Assembly: GCA_046330075.1 (NCBI GenBank)
Contig: JAXLTL010000001.1
Location: 396,481 to 460,480 of the forward strand
DNA length: 64,000 nucleotides
Direction of reading: 5' to 3'
Origin: Bacteroidia bacterium
Lineage (GTDB): Bacteria; Bacteroidota; Bacteroidia; AKYH767-A; OLB10
The notes beneath the pieces were generated by a model. The model was not told the origin of the DNA and did no database searches. It saw only the letters and a list, made by a program, of their open reading frames with translations. Numbering within the stretch: the stretch's first letter is position 1; every line of letters starts with the position of its first letter. The translations under genes were made by a program, and so were the position numbers. Positions 47,728 through 57,815 of this stretch are shown here, in pieces.

Positions 47728-49275
47728 ATGCGCTTCTTCCTGGCCTTCCTGTTGCTCTCAGCCTATAGCCTGAAAGCACAAAACGTGCAGATCAGTTCTG
47801 CGAACCTGCCCAATGAACCATCTATCATGATGGATCCTAAACATCCGCAGTACCTGATCGCAGCATCCAACATCGACAACTATTATCTCAGCAGCGATAC
47901 CGGACATACCTGGACAGCGCATAATTTATCATCTTCCTATGGTGTTTGGGGTGATCCGATGATCGCAGTAGATACCGCAGGTGACTTCTACTTTTTTCAT
48001 CTCAGTAATCCGGCTTCCGGAAACTGGATCGATCGTATCGTTTGCCAGAAAACAACGGATCATGGTCAATCCTGGAATAATGGATCTTTTACAGGGTTGA
48101 ACGGAACAAAAGCACAGGATAAACATTGGGTGGCGATCGACCGGAACAATAACAACATGTATGTTACCTGGACGCAGTTCGATTCTTATGGCAGTTCGGA
48201 CCCTCTGGATTCATCGATCATTCTTTTTTCTCGCTCACTGGACGCCGGACAAACCTGGTCGACTCCGGTAAGGATCAACAAAGTGGCTGGCGACTGCATC
48301 GACAGTGATAACACCGTGGAAGGTGCTGTACCTGCTGTTGGCCCGAATGGTGAGGTTTTCGTGGCCTGGGCCGGACCCAATGGATTAGTGTTTAATCGCT
48401 CCCTCGATCAGGGACTTACCTGGCTGCCAAATGAAATCGCGATTGACCCAATGCCTACCGGTTGGGATTATGCTGTTTCAGGTATTTACCGAGCCAATGG
48501 GTTGCCGGTTACTGTTTGTGATGTCAGTGGCGGACCGAATAACGGAACAATTTATGTCAATTGGTCTGATCAACGAAATGGCGCCAGCAATACAGATATC
48601 TTCCTGGCAAAGTCGACAGACGGGGGCAACACCTGGTCGGCACCGGTGAAAGTGAACAATGATAATTCCAACCGTCAGCAGTTTTTTACCTATATGGCGA
48701 TTGATCAAACCAACGGAAATCTATACTTTGTTTTTTATGACCGCAGGCGATTTACCTCTGATTCAACGGATGTATATCTTGCACTTTCCACAGATGGCGG
48801 AAGCACGTTCATCAATCAACGAATCAGTGCAACACCTTTTTATCCGAATGATCAGGTGTTTTTCGGTGACTATACGAATATAACTGTGCACGATGGCATT
48901 GTGCGCCCGATCTGGACACGCCTTCACAATGGACAGCTTAGTGTGTGGACAGATCTGGCATCTTATGCTTCAATGACCACCGGCACAAACGAGGCCGAGG
49001 TCAGCAACGATAATAACGTCACCGTATATCCGAATCCTGCGAGTGATGTCAGTTATCTCTCTTTCAAATTACATGAGAAATCATCGGTACGTATCTCGGT
49101 TTTGAATTCGAAGGGGCAGGAGGTAAAGGAAGTCCTTAAAACAGAATCACGTCCCTTCGGTAAATACCTGGAGAAAATCGATCTCCGTGCATTAGGCCTT
49201 TCTTCCGGTAATTATCTGCTCCGGCTGGAAATAAACGGGAAAGTGCATACGTCCCGCCAGATTATTGTTGACTGA
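47728..49275 (+). CDS. Secreted BNR/Asp-box repeat (sialidase/glycoside-hydrolase-like) protein with T9SS C-terminal sorting domain
   Basis: Signal peptide MRFFLAFLLLSAYSLKAQ; Asp-boxes SSDTGHTW, TTDHGQSW, SLDAGQTW, SLDQGLTW, STDGGNTW, STDGGSTF; C-terminal Por_Secre_tail (VTVYPNPASDVSYLSF...GNYLLRLE). Confidence 0.8.
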   Translation: MRFFLAFLLLSAYSLKAQNVQISSANLPNEPSIMMDPKHPQYLIAASNIDNYYLSSDTGHTWTAHNLSSSYGVWGDPMIAVDTAGDFYFFHLSNPASGNWIDRIVCQKTTDHGQSWNNGSFTGLNGTKAQDKHWVAIDRNNNNMYVTWTQFDSYGSSDPLDSSIILFSRSLDAGQTWSTPVRINKVAGDCIDSDNTVEGAVPAVGPNGEVFVAWAGPNGLVFNRSLDQGLTWLPNEIAIDPMPTGWDYAVSGIYRANGLPVTVCDVSGGPNNGTIYVNWSDQRNGASNTDIFLAKSTDGGNTWSAPVKVNNDNSNRQQFFTYMAIDQTNGNLYFVFYDRRRFTSDSTDVYLALSTDGGSTFINQRISATPFYPNDQVFFGDYTNITVHDGIVRPIWTRLHNGQLSVWTDLASYASMTTGTNEAEVSNDNNVTVYPNPASDVSYLSFKLHEKSSVRISVLNSKGQEVKEVLKTESRPFGKYLEKIDLRALGLSSGNYLLRLEINGKVHTSRQIIVD

Positions 49276-49327
49276 AAAATAAACGGCTGCCCACATTGAG
49301 TTGTGGAAGCAAATGAAAAGCCGGATT

Positions 49328-50704
49328 TCAAAACCGGTTTTTCAGGGCATAGGCCAGCAGCCCGGAAGCGATGACAAGTAATCCTGAAATCATAAAGGTG
49401 GTTCCTGTAGAAAAGAACACCCAGCTCCAGATCAGAATCGCAAGCACAACCGGCAGAGGATAAAGAGGCATTTTCCAGGTTTTCATTTCGATGTTAGCCG
49501 CTTTCTTTCTCTTCCGGAGCAGTACTACACCAACCGCCTGGCCAATGAACTGCACAAGGATCCGCATGGCCAGAATAGCGGTAATGACATCTGCCAGTTT
49601 GAATAATAAACTGAAGAAAAACGCAGTGATCCCCAGACCAAGCACAGCAATGTGCGGAAAGTGCCGGGTAGGGTGGAGCCTGCCGAATGCCGGAAAGAAC
49701 TCTCCCTCCAGAGCAGCTGCATAAGGTACTCGCGAATAACCCAGCATCACAGCAAAAAGACTGGCAAAGGCAATCCATAAAATCATCACTGTTGCGCCGG
49801 CAGCTGCAGTGGTACCATAAATCTTTTCAACGAAGGTACTTACGATAAATTCCGAATGCATGGCTTCCTTCCACGGGATCACACTTGTAACGCTGATGTT
49901 CAGAAGCAGATAGAGCAGGGCAATGCCGGCTACGGATAAAAACATGCTGCGCGGAATATTACGCCGGGGATTTTTGATTTCACTTCCCAGGTGACAGACA
50001 TTATAATAACCGAGATAGGAGTAAATCGTTTTGACCATGGCGGATCCGAATCCTGCAGAAAGGAGATAAGTGAAAGGCTGTAGTGATGCAAATTCCTGCA
50101 CCGGACGTTGCATATCACCATGTGTAATGCCGCCCCAGATCAGCCAGCCAATGGTAAGTATAACGCCTGCCCAAAGTAATGTACCGATCCTGCCAATCGT
50201 GTCAATTTTCCTGTATAGAATTATTGTGAGCAGAATGACCACGGATCCGCTCACAATTCTCCTTGTGATTTCATCCAGAGGAACCAGATATCCTGCATAT
50301 TGTGCAAATCCGATCGACCCGCTCGCAATCACCAGCGGTGCCTGAATCAGCGTTTGCCATACATAGAGAAATGACATCAGCTTTCCCCACTTTTCTTTTC
50401 CGTACGCTTCTCTCAGAAAATTAAAACTTCCGCCGGCTTTCGGATAGGCAGATCCGAGCTCTGACCAGATCATGGCATCAATAAATGAAAGTACCGCACC
50501 GGCTATCCAGGCAGCCAGAAAACCCGGTCCGCCAACATATGAAATGACCAATGGTAAAACCACAAATGGACCGATTCCAACCATGTCGATCATATTGATG
50601 ACCGTACTTTGAAAGAGCCCCAGTCGCCGTTCCAGCTTGTCGTCAGATGTGTTCTCCATCGTGCCGAAGATAACAATCCCTGTTGAGAGATTTACCGGTT
50701 TCAT
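49328..50704 (-). CDS. APC-family amino acid permease
   Basis: 458 aa with about 12 TM helices and an amino-acid permease N-terminal pattern (...LGLFQSTVINMIDMVGIGPFV...). Confidence 0.8.
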   Translation of the reverse strand: MKPVNLSTGIVIFGTMENTSDDKLERRLGLFQSTVINMIDMVGIGPFVVLPLVISYVGGPGFLAAWIAGAVLSFIDAMIWSELGSAYPKAGGSFNFLREAYGKEKWGKLMSFLYVWQTLIQAPLVIASGSIGFAQYAGYLVPLDEITRRIVSGSVVILLTIILYRKIDTIGRIGTLLWAGVILTIGWLIWGGITHGDMQRPVQEFASLQPFTYLLSAGFGSAMVKTIYSYLGYYNVCHLGSEIKNPRRNIPRSMFLSVAGIALLYLLLNISVTSVIPWKEAMHSEFIVSTFVEKIYGTTAAAGATVMILWIAFASLFAVMLGYSRVPYAAALEGEFFPAFGRLHPTRHFPHIAVLGLGITAFFFSLLFKLADVITAILAMRILVQFIGQAVGVVLLRKRKKAANIEMKTWKMPLYPLPVVLAILIWSWVFFSTGTTFMISGLLVIASGLLAYALKNRF

Positions 50705-50766
50705 GGCTGTCTTCGCTTTGAAAACCGGTTCAATTCAGTTATCCTTGCCCTAAATACATTGCTGTT

Positions 50767-51615
50767 ATGCTCCTTGTTGCCGACTCAGGTTCAACCAAAG
50801 CCGATTGGTTATTATACGATGGACAAAAAGTGACCGGTCCGTTGCATACGATGGGATTCAATCCGTTCTTTCATTCTGCTGAACTGGTTTATGATACCAT
50901 GATGAATTCGCCGGAGATGCTTGAAATCCGTGAAAAAGTGAAGGATGTGAAATTCTTCGGTGCCGGATGTTCAAGCGCAGAGCGGAATGAAATTATTGCT
51001 GCCGGACTCCGACGTTTCTTTTCCAAAGCTGAAGTCCTGGTGGAGCATGACTTGCTGGCATGCGCGCTGGCGACCTGTGGCGATGAACCCGGAATCTCCT
51101 GCATTATCGGTACAGGAAGTAATTCATGCTGGTTTGACGGTCATGAAGTGCATGAGCGTAATTATGGATTGGGGTATGTTCTCGGCGATGAAGGCAGCGG
51201 CGCCTGGCTGGGCAAAAAATTATTGACCTTTTATCTGTATGGAAGGCTGCCTGAAGATCTTTCCATCGCTTTCAAATCCGCCTATGGATTAGGAAAAAAC
51301 GATATCATTGACAGAGTATATAAAGAGCCCAATGCCAATGTCTGGCTCGCTTCCTTTACCCGTTTCCTGACAGCTCATTATGATCATCCTTATGTGCGTG
51401 AGATGGTGCGGCAAAGCATGCGTGATTTTTGCGGATTGTATGTCTGCGATTACCCGAATTTCAAGGACACTGTTGTGCACTTTGTTGGATCAGTAGCGTT
51501 TATTTTCAAGCGCGAACTTGAAGAAGTCGCTGCCGAAAAAGGATTCCGTCTGGGGAAAATCATCAAACAGCCTGTTGATGATCTGATGGATTACTTTGTC
51601 AGGAAATCGTCCTGA
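50767..51615 (+). CDS. BadF/BadG/BcrA/BcrD-type ATPase (N-acetylglucosamine kinase-like)
   Basis: Begins MLLVADSGSTKADW (ASKHA phosphate-1 motif), with ...IIGTGSNSCW... (phosphate-2). Confidence 0.75.
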   Translation: MLLVADSGSTKADWLLYDGQKVTGPLHTMGFNPFFHSAELVYDTMMNSPEMLEIREKVKDVKFFGAGCSSAERNEIIAAGLRRFFSKAEVLVEHDLLACALATCGDEPGISCIIGTGSNSCWFDGHEVHERNYGLGYVLGDEGSGAWLGKKLLTFYLYGRLPEDLSIAFKSAYGLGKNDIIDRVYKEPNANVWLASFTRFLTAHYDHPYVREMVRQSMRDFCGLYVCDYPNFKDTVVHFVGSVAFIFKRELEEVAAEKGFRLGKIIKQPVDDLMDYFVRKSS

Positions 51616-51628
51616 TAGCAGCGGAACC

Positions 51629-53044
51629 TTATTTGCCGCTACGTTGTAAAACGGTTTTGACCGTATAAAAGAGGATTTTGAAATCCAGTGAAAGCGACAT
51701 GTTTTCAATGTAGATAATGTCATATTTAAGTCGCTGGATCATCTGTTCTACGTTTTCTGCATAACCATACTTAACCTGCCCCCAGCTCGTAATTCCCGGA
51801 CGTACTTTGTGTAAGTGACGGTAGTGAGGGGCTTTCTGCATGATCTGATCGATGAAATACTGTCGCTCCGGCCGCGGACCTACAAGCGACATATCACCAA
51901 TCAGTACATTGTAGAATTGAGGAATTTCATCCAGTCGGATACCACGCATGAATTTTCCGAATGGAGTGATACGGCTATCGTTATCACTGGACAGCATCGG
52001 TGTGCCTTTTTCGGCTCCGACATACATGGAACGAAATTTAAAAATAGTAAAAGGGTTTCCATGCAGTCCGATGCGTTCCTGCTGGAAAAAAACGGGCCCT
52101 TTTGAAGTGATTTTTATAATGAGCGATGTGAGAATGAAAACTGGGCTCAGCAATAACAAAAAGAAAAGAGATACAATGATGTCGATGATCCGCTTGAGCG
52201 ATTGCTGCCATACCGGCATCAGCGAAGGGTTTATGATGATCAGCGGTGAGCCGAAAATAGAGGTCATCTTTACGGTTCCTGCCAGGATATCGTACATATC
52301 AGGAATAATCTTGATGATGACATCTTTATCTTCCAGCTCGTTGATGATTCTTCCGATAAAATCGTGTTCCGAAGATTCAATAGCAATGATTACTTCCTCT
52401 ATGGCATATTCATCAATAAGCCGGTTCAGGTCTTCCAGTCCGCCAAGATGAGGTATTTTATCTCCAAAGTATTTCCCGTTATTGTGATCTACATGGATGA
52501 ATCCGGTGAATTTATAGCCTTGACTCAGGGGCTCATTTTCATATTCAGTAAACAGGTTTACAGCCCGCTGACTCGAACCTACAATAAGGGTTGGAAATCC
52601 GATTTTCCGCCCCTTGATTTTTCTGGCTGTACGGGTGGTAATGATGAATCTGAATATCGATGTTATTCCAAAGTGTAAGAAGAATAACATCATAAAGATG
52701 CTGTAGTAGCTCTTATAGCTGACGATTACATCATCCAGCAGCAAGGAGAAGAAAATAATCAGCACACCAATCAGGGAGAGATATAGTGTTTGCCCGAATT
52801 CCTTTAACCTCGATTTGCGGTAGATATCATTGTAAGTTCCGGCCAGTGCATAAATGGCCACCCAGGCAATAGGAAGCACAGTGATGCCGAGATAAAAATT
52901 CTTGTCAGGAATCAACGGGACACTTATACCGTAAAGCGCGGATTCAATCTGCAGTTTACGGTACAGGTAAAATCCTGCCCACGCCAGCATAGCCGATAGC
53001 AAATCGGCCACCACATACTTGATGATCTGGCGGGGTTTATTCAT
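51629..53044 (-). CDS. Undecaprenyl-phosphate sugar phosphotransferase (WbaP/WcaJ exopolysaccharide-priming family)
   Basis: N-terminal 4-5 TM helices and a C-terminal bacterial sugar transferase domain (...MSLVGPRPER...); 471 aa. Confidence 0.85.
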   Translation of the reverse strand: MNKPRQIIKYVVADLLSAMLAWAGFYLYRKLQIESALYGISVPLIPDKNFYLGITVLPIAWVAIYALAGTYNDIYRKSRLKEFGQTLYLSLIGVLIIFFSLLLDDVIVSYKSYYSIFMMLFFLHFGITSIFRFIITTRTARKIKGRKIGFPTLIVGSSQRAVNLFTEYENEPLSQGYKFTGFIHVDHNNGKYFGDKIPHLGGLEDLNRLIDEYAIEEVIIAIESSEHDFIGRIINELEDKDVIIKIIPDMYDILAGTVKMTSIFGSPLIIINPSLMPVWQQSLKRIIDIIVSLFFLLLLSPVFILTSLIIKITSKGPVFFQQERIGLHGNPFTIFKFRSMYVGAEKGTPMLSSDNDSRITPFGKFMRGIRLDEIPQFYNVLIGDMSLVGPRPERQYFIDQIMQKAPHYRHLHKVRPGITSWGQVKYGYAENVEQMIQRLKYDIIYIENMSLSLDFKILFYTVKTVLQRSGK

Positions 53045-53051
53045 GGATTGA

Positions 53052-53933
53052 TCAGTTCGTGATCAGCTTTAAATTATCGAGATACACGGTTCCTTCGGTA
53101 GCACCGGACGCGAGCTGCATTCCGAAAATAATTTTGAACTTAAGTGCATTGCCACTGGCATTGATGTATGGTCCCAGACGGATATAAATCTTATTCCACT
53201 CTGATTTTGGGTTTAAGGAGATCACCGGATTCGTTGATTGACCGAACGAACTGATCGCCACAATCCCCATATTAAAGGATTGATTGCATTTGTAGTTCAT
53301 CTCCAGATAGATATCCCTGCCCTTGGTTAAAGCATAGCCATCACCAACCGTCACACATTCTATATAATCATTGGTGGAGTTCACCGTCATCTTCAGACTC
53401 CTTTTTCCTTCAAAAACAACCAGCGAATCCGGCTGAATATTCACTTTACTGTTTCCGGTAGTATCCAGGCTGATGCCACCTCCGCTGGTGTCTGATTCAA
53501 AATCTTCATACCATACATATTGTACTCCTGAGAAATAAGAAACGTTAATGGTATCAATGGTTGTAACCTGTCCTGGAGTTAAACTAACGGTCTTCTTCGT
53601 AAACTGGTACAGCGGATAGGCTTCATTGGTTGAGGCTATTCCATTGGCTTCAATTCCTGCCCCAAATGACAACTCATGTACACCATCCAATAATACCGGG
53701 AAACGGGCCGGAAGTTCAAAGGTGCCGAGGTATTTATTGTCTGCATACACCCAGACGTCAGTTATGTTTGCAGAATTGGTGCCCTGCGTTGCATAATTCG
53801 AAGAAACGTTGAAGTTTTTCACTTCGATATAGGAGGGAACCGGTTCCGCGGGATTAATCATCTCACAGCCTCCTGTCAACAGGATTGCGAATAAAAATGG
53901 CAGAAAGGAAAGTAAGCGTGGGGTGATTTTCAT
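53052..53933 (-). CDS. Hypothetical lipoprotein
   Basis: Lipoprotein signal LLTGGCEM; 293 aa; no recognisable domain. Sits downstream of the priming glycosyltransferase. Confidence 0.55.
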   Translation of the reverse strand: MKITPRLLSFLPFLFAILLTGGCEMINPAEPVPSYIEVKNFNVSSNYATQGTNSANITDVWVYADNKYLGTFELPARFPVLLDGVHELSFGAGIEANGIASTNEAYPLYQFTKKTVSLTPGQVTTIDTINVSYFSGVQYVWYEDFESDTSGGGISLDTTGNSKVNIQPDSLVVFEGKRSLKMTVNSTNDYIECVTVGDGYALTKGRDIYLEMNYKCNQSFNMGIVAISSFGQSTNPVISLNPKSEWNKIYIRLGPYINASGNALKFKIIFGMQLASGATEGTVYLDNLKLITN

Positions 53934-53943
53934 TTAGCGTGAA

Positions 53944-54948
53944 TTAGGCAATGGATGGGAGAAGTTTAAGTTTGTCTGCAATCTGATGCGCGATGCTCAA
54001 TGCTTCATAACCATCTTCGATGGTTACTTCAGGTTCTTTGTCCTGATGGATGGCTTGCGCGAACGTGTGAAGTTCTTCCCTTATTGCATTGCTTTCATCC
54101 ACTTTCGGATTTTCAAAATAGATCTGCTTGGTGCCTTTGTTCTCTCCAAGTTCGATGAGTACGGCCAGCGGATCTGGCGTTCCTTCCACTTCTTTGAGAC
54201 GAACTACTTCGGTTGATTTTTTTAAAAAGTCAACAGAGATATAGGCATCTTTTTGAAAGAAACGGCTCTTGCGCATGTTCTTCAGCGATATCCTGCTGGC
54301 CGTGAGATTGGCGACACATCCGTTGTCAAATTCAATACGTGCATTGGCAATATCAGGCGTATCACTCACAACTGCTACTCCGCTTGTGCTGATCTTTTTT
54401 ACTGATGATTTCACTACACTGAGTACGATGTCGATGTCATGAATCATGAGATCCAATACTACTGACACATCCGTTCCGCGCGGATTGAATTGAGCAAGAC
54501 GATGTGTCTCGATAAACATGGGAGTACCGAGATAGGGTTGCGCAGCAATAAATGCTGGATTAAAGCGCTCAACATGACCTACCTGTACTTTAACATCCGC
54601 TTCTTTGGCCAGACGCATCAGATCTTTTGCTTCCTGAACGGTGTTTGATAGCGGCTTCTCAATGAAAACGTGCTTGGATAAACGAAGTGCTTTGTTGGCA
54701 CAGTCGTAATGGTTGATCGTGGGAGTAACAACATCAACGACATCAACAGCGGCAATAAGTGCTTCCATTGTCTGGAATGCAGTAATACCAAATTCGGATG
54801 CAACCGCAGCACTGGTGCCAGCATCCGGATCATAGAACCCGATTAACTCATAAACATCCGCTAATTCTTTTATCTGTCGGATATGTATTTTTCCAAGGTG
54901 GCCTGCGCCTAACACCCCAATCTTCAGCATACTGGAAATTTTCTGCAA
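53944..54948 (-). CDS. Gfo/Idh/MocA family NAD(P)-dependent oxidoreductase
   Basis: KIGVLGAGHLGKIH Rossmann motif plus the EKP motif (VFIEKPL). Confidence 0.85.
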   Translation of the reverse strand: MQKISSMLKIGVLGAGHLGKIHIRQIKELADVYELIGFYDPDAGTSAAVASEFGITAFQTMEALIAAVDVVDVVTPTINHYDCANKALRLSKHVFIEKPLSNTVQEAKDLMRLAKEADVKVQVGHVERFNPAFIAAQPYLGTPMFIETHRLAQFNPRGTDVSVVLDLMIHDIDIVLSVVKSSVKKISTSGVAVVSDTPDIANARIEFDNGCVANLTASRISLKNMRKSRFFQKDAYISVDFLKKSTEVVRLKEVEGTPDPLAVLIELGENKGTKQIYFENPKVDESNAIREELHTFAQAIHQDKEPEVTIEDGYEALSIAHQIADKLKLLPSIA

Positions 54949-55036
54949 AATTACTCGTTTTTACCTAGTGCTTTGTTGAAAAACCGTAACGATTTTCCCT
55001 CTGGTAGCTGTTATTTGGCCTCTTTGCCGATTAATT

Positions 55037-55696
55037 TTGCAGTGTATGATTCAGGATTCGTTCAGGCATCAGGGGCTGCGCCGGCAGTTGGTAGAACAAC
55101 TTCGTGAGAAAGGTATTCAAAACGAATTGGTTCTGGAAGCAATAGGAAAGGTGCCGCGGCATATTTTCATGGATAACGCGTTTCTTGAATTCGCTTATCA
55201 GGATAAAGCTTTTCCCATCGCTTGTGGTCAGACAATTTCTCAACCATATACCGTGGCTTATCAATCGGCTTTGCTTGATCCGAAAAAAGGGGAGAAGGTG
55301 CTCGAAATCGGTACAGGTAGTGGTTACCAATCTGCAGTCCTGGCCGAATTGGGGGCCAAAGTGTTTACCATCGAACGTCATAAACCTCTCCATGAACATA
55401 CTCGTAAGCGTCTTGATGAACTGAATTACTTTACTGTGAAAACGTTTTACGGCGATGGTTTTAAGGGTTTGCCGGCATATGCTCCTTTTGATAAGATTCT
55501 GGTGACTTGCGGTGCTCCTGAAATCCCATTGCCCTTGGTTGATCAACTTAAGCCGGGTGGGGTGTTGGTGATTCCGGTTGGTCCAACCGATGTGCAGGTG
55601 ATGACCATTGTGCTTAAAAAACCCGATGGGTCTACCGAAGTGATTGCATTGGATAAGTTCCGGTTTGTTCCTATGCTTGAAGATAAAGCAAGATAG
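55037..55696 (+). CDS. pcm: Protein-L-isoaspartate O-methyltransferase
   Basis: VPRHIFM...ISQPYTVA...VLEIGTGSGYQSAVLAEL SAM motif; 219 aa. Confidence 0.9.
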   Translation: MQCMIQDSFRHQGLRRQLVEQLREKGIQNELVLEAIGKVPRHIFMDNAFLEFAYQDKAFPIACGQTISQPYTVAYQSALLDPKKGEKVLEIGTGSGYQSAVLAELGAKVFTIERHKPLHEHTRKRLDELNYFTVKTFYGDGFKGLPAYAPFDKILVTCGAPEIPLPLVDQLKPGGVLVIPVGPTDVQVMTIVLKKPDGSTEVIALDKFRFVPMLEDKAR

Positions 55697-55855
55697 GACT
55701 AATTGTCAGTAAATCAGGATTTTATAAATCCAATTCCTGCCAATTTGACGGAATTATTGCACGACGCACGACAAGTTGGCATGTTTTTATTCCTGTTTCT
55801 TGTTTGGTATATTGATTGAAAAGGGGGTGTCAGAAACCTTAAAAAACTAAAAAAT

Positions 55856-56293
55856 ATGACACTCATTAAATGGCAAAAAGAAAGTCCGGCTCGTACTATT
55901 CTTAACTCTGTTGACTTGTTCAATGATTTCTTCAACGACTTCGCAAGTCCCGAATTCCGTAAATGGAGTTCTCCTGCAGTGAATATCTCTGAAACTGATC
56001 AGGCGTATAAGCTCCAGCTGGCAGTGCCGGGATTGAAGAAAGAAGATTTCAAAATTGCTATTGAAGAAAATACGCTGGTAGTAAGTGCGGAACAGAAGAA
56101 AGAGGCTGCTGAGACGACAGAGAAATACACTCGTAAAGAGTTCTCATTCTCTTCCTTTACCCGGCGTTTCAACTTGCCTGAAAACGTTGATCAGTCAGGA
56201 ATTGCAGCCGGCTACGAGCAGGGTGTAATGATGATTACACTTCCGAAGAAATCGGAAGAGAAGCCGAAAATGCGGGAGATTAATATCGGATAA
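55856..56293 (+). CDS. Hsp20/alpha-crystallin family small heat-shock protein
   Basis: ACD core (VNISETDQAYKLQLAVPGLKKEDFKI...) and a C-terminal I-x-I motif (EINI). Confidence 0.9.
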   Translation: MTLIKWQKESPARTILNSVDLFNDFFNDFASPEFRKWSSPAVNISETDQAYKLQLAVPGLKKEDFKIAIEENTLVVSAEQKKEAAETTEKYTRKEFSFSSFTRRFNLPENVDQSGIAAGYEQGVMMITLPKKSEEKPKMREINIG

Positions 56294-56426
56294 TTAATAC
56301 GGAAAAACCGTAACGTAAATCAGGTAACCGGACTTCACGTGGTGGAGCCCGGTTTTTTTATGTTGGCTGGAATTCATGAAGCCTAATTAGCACTGGTGAA
56401 TTGGCTAATTTCGCAGGAACATACCT

Positions 56427-57230
56427 ATGACAACAAAGAAATCCAATTCAGCGAAAGGGAAGAATAAACCTGTAATTCTGGTCACGAACGATGATGGAAT
56501 CACCGCACCGGGTATCCGGAATCTGGTGGAAGCGATGAAACCCTTTGGACAGGTGATTGTGGTGGCACCTGATAGCCCTCAATCAGCAATGGGGCACGCC
56601 ATCACGATTAATCGTCCATTACGGTTGGATAAAGTGCAGGTTTTTGAAGGTGTTGATTCCTGGCAATGTTCTGGTACACCGGTGGATTGTGTCAAACTTG
56701 CCGTGAATCAGATTCTGCACAGAAAACCCGATTTATGTGTTTCAGGGATTAATCACGGTTCCAATTCATCCATTAACGTTATCTACTCCGGAACGATGTC
56801 GGCTGCTATGGAAGGTGCAATTGAAGGGATTCCGAGTATTGGATTTTCGCTCTTGAATTATAGTCTTCAGGCCGATTTTGGTCCGGCGAGAAAAATGGTC
56901 GGTAAGGTGGTGAAGAATGTTCTTCGTGTCGGACTTCCGGAAAACACATTGCTCAATGTAAATATTCCCAGTTTACCACTTTCAAAGATTAAAGGCATTA
57001 AAATCTGTCGTCAGGCTAATGCTAAATGGAAGGAGGAATTCGACCATCGTAAAGATCCCAATGGCCGTGACTATTATTGGTTAACAGGTAAGTTTATCAA
57101 TTTTGATACAGGTAATGATACCGATGAGTATGCACTGAGCAAAGGATATGTATCGGTTGTCCCGGTACAGTTTGATTTTACGGCACATCATGCGATTCCA
57201 CATCTGAATGCTGTGAATTGGAATGAGTAA
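56427..57230 (+). CDS. surE: 5'/3'-nucleotidase SurE
   Basis: ILVTNDDGITAPGIRNL N-terminal motif; 267 aa. Confidence 0.9.
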   Translation: MTTKKSNSAKGKNKPVILVTNDDGITAPGIRNLVEAMKPFGQVIVVAPDSPQSAMGHAITINRPLRLDKVQVFEGVDSWQCSGTPVDCVKLAVNQILHRKPDLCVSGINHGSNSSINVIYSGTMSAAMEGAIEGIPSIGFSLLNYSLQADFGPARKMVGKVVKNVLRVGLPENTLLNVNIPSLPLSKIKGIKICRQANAKWKEEFDHRKDPNGRDYYWLTGKFINFDTGNDTDEYALSKGYVSVVPVQFDFTAHHAIPHLNAVNWNE

Positions 57231-57534
57231 CCTCTTTATGAAGGATACAATGGCTGCCGGAATCTATCTCGGTTTACTGGTGATGGCAGCTTCATTTATC
57301 ATCCTTAAAAGCATCGATTATCTGTTCCTGGTAGCATTCGATTTTCCATTATTCCGTAAACCTGATACACTGCAACTTCTGGTACTCACTACATTGGCCT
57401 TCTTATTCCGTTATCAGTTCAAGACGGAGCGAACAGAAAATGGAAAAGGAGTATTCCTTGTTACTTTTATTTCAACCATTGGTTATCTCGTGATCAAGAA
57501 GTTTAATTTTGCACCATGGCCCGACTTAAGTTAA
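57223..57534 (+). CDS. Hypothetical small membrane protein
   Basis: 103 aa with 3 hydrophobic helices; sits between surE and lpxB. Confidence 0.45.
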   Translation: MSNLFMKDTMAAGIYLGLLVMAASFIILKSIDYLFLVAFDFPLFRKPDTLQLLVLTTLAFLFRYQFKTERTENGKGVFLVTFISTIGYLVIKKFNFAPWPDLS

Positions 57535-57815
57535 AAGATCAGTTTATGACCGGATTCGTTCCTGCTTTGTTGCTGCCCTTACTGGGTTTTTACATCTATT
57601 ATCTTCTGTTTTTTGGGTACATGACATTTGATGGATTTGTAGACCACGTGGTACGTTCGAATCTGGCCGTATCTGTGCTGAGTCTTGGAGTGATTCTGAA
57701 CCTGGGACTTTTCTTCTTATATTACGTGAAGGAAATTGATAAAGCTGCAAGAGGGGTCATTGGAGCTACATTCCTGTATGCATTTGTGGTTTTATACTTT
57801 AAAATTCTGGCATGA
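57516..57815 (+). CDS. Hypothetical small membrane protein
   Basis: 99 aa with 3 hydrophobic helices; stop overlaps the lpxB start. Confidence 0.45.
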   Translation: MARLKLKDQFMTGFVPALLLPLLGFYIYYLLFFGYMTFDGFVDHVVRSNLAVSVLSLGVILNLGLFFLYYVKEIDKAARGVIGATFLYAFVVLYFKILA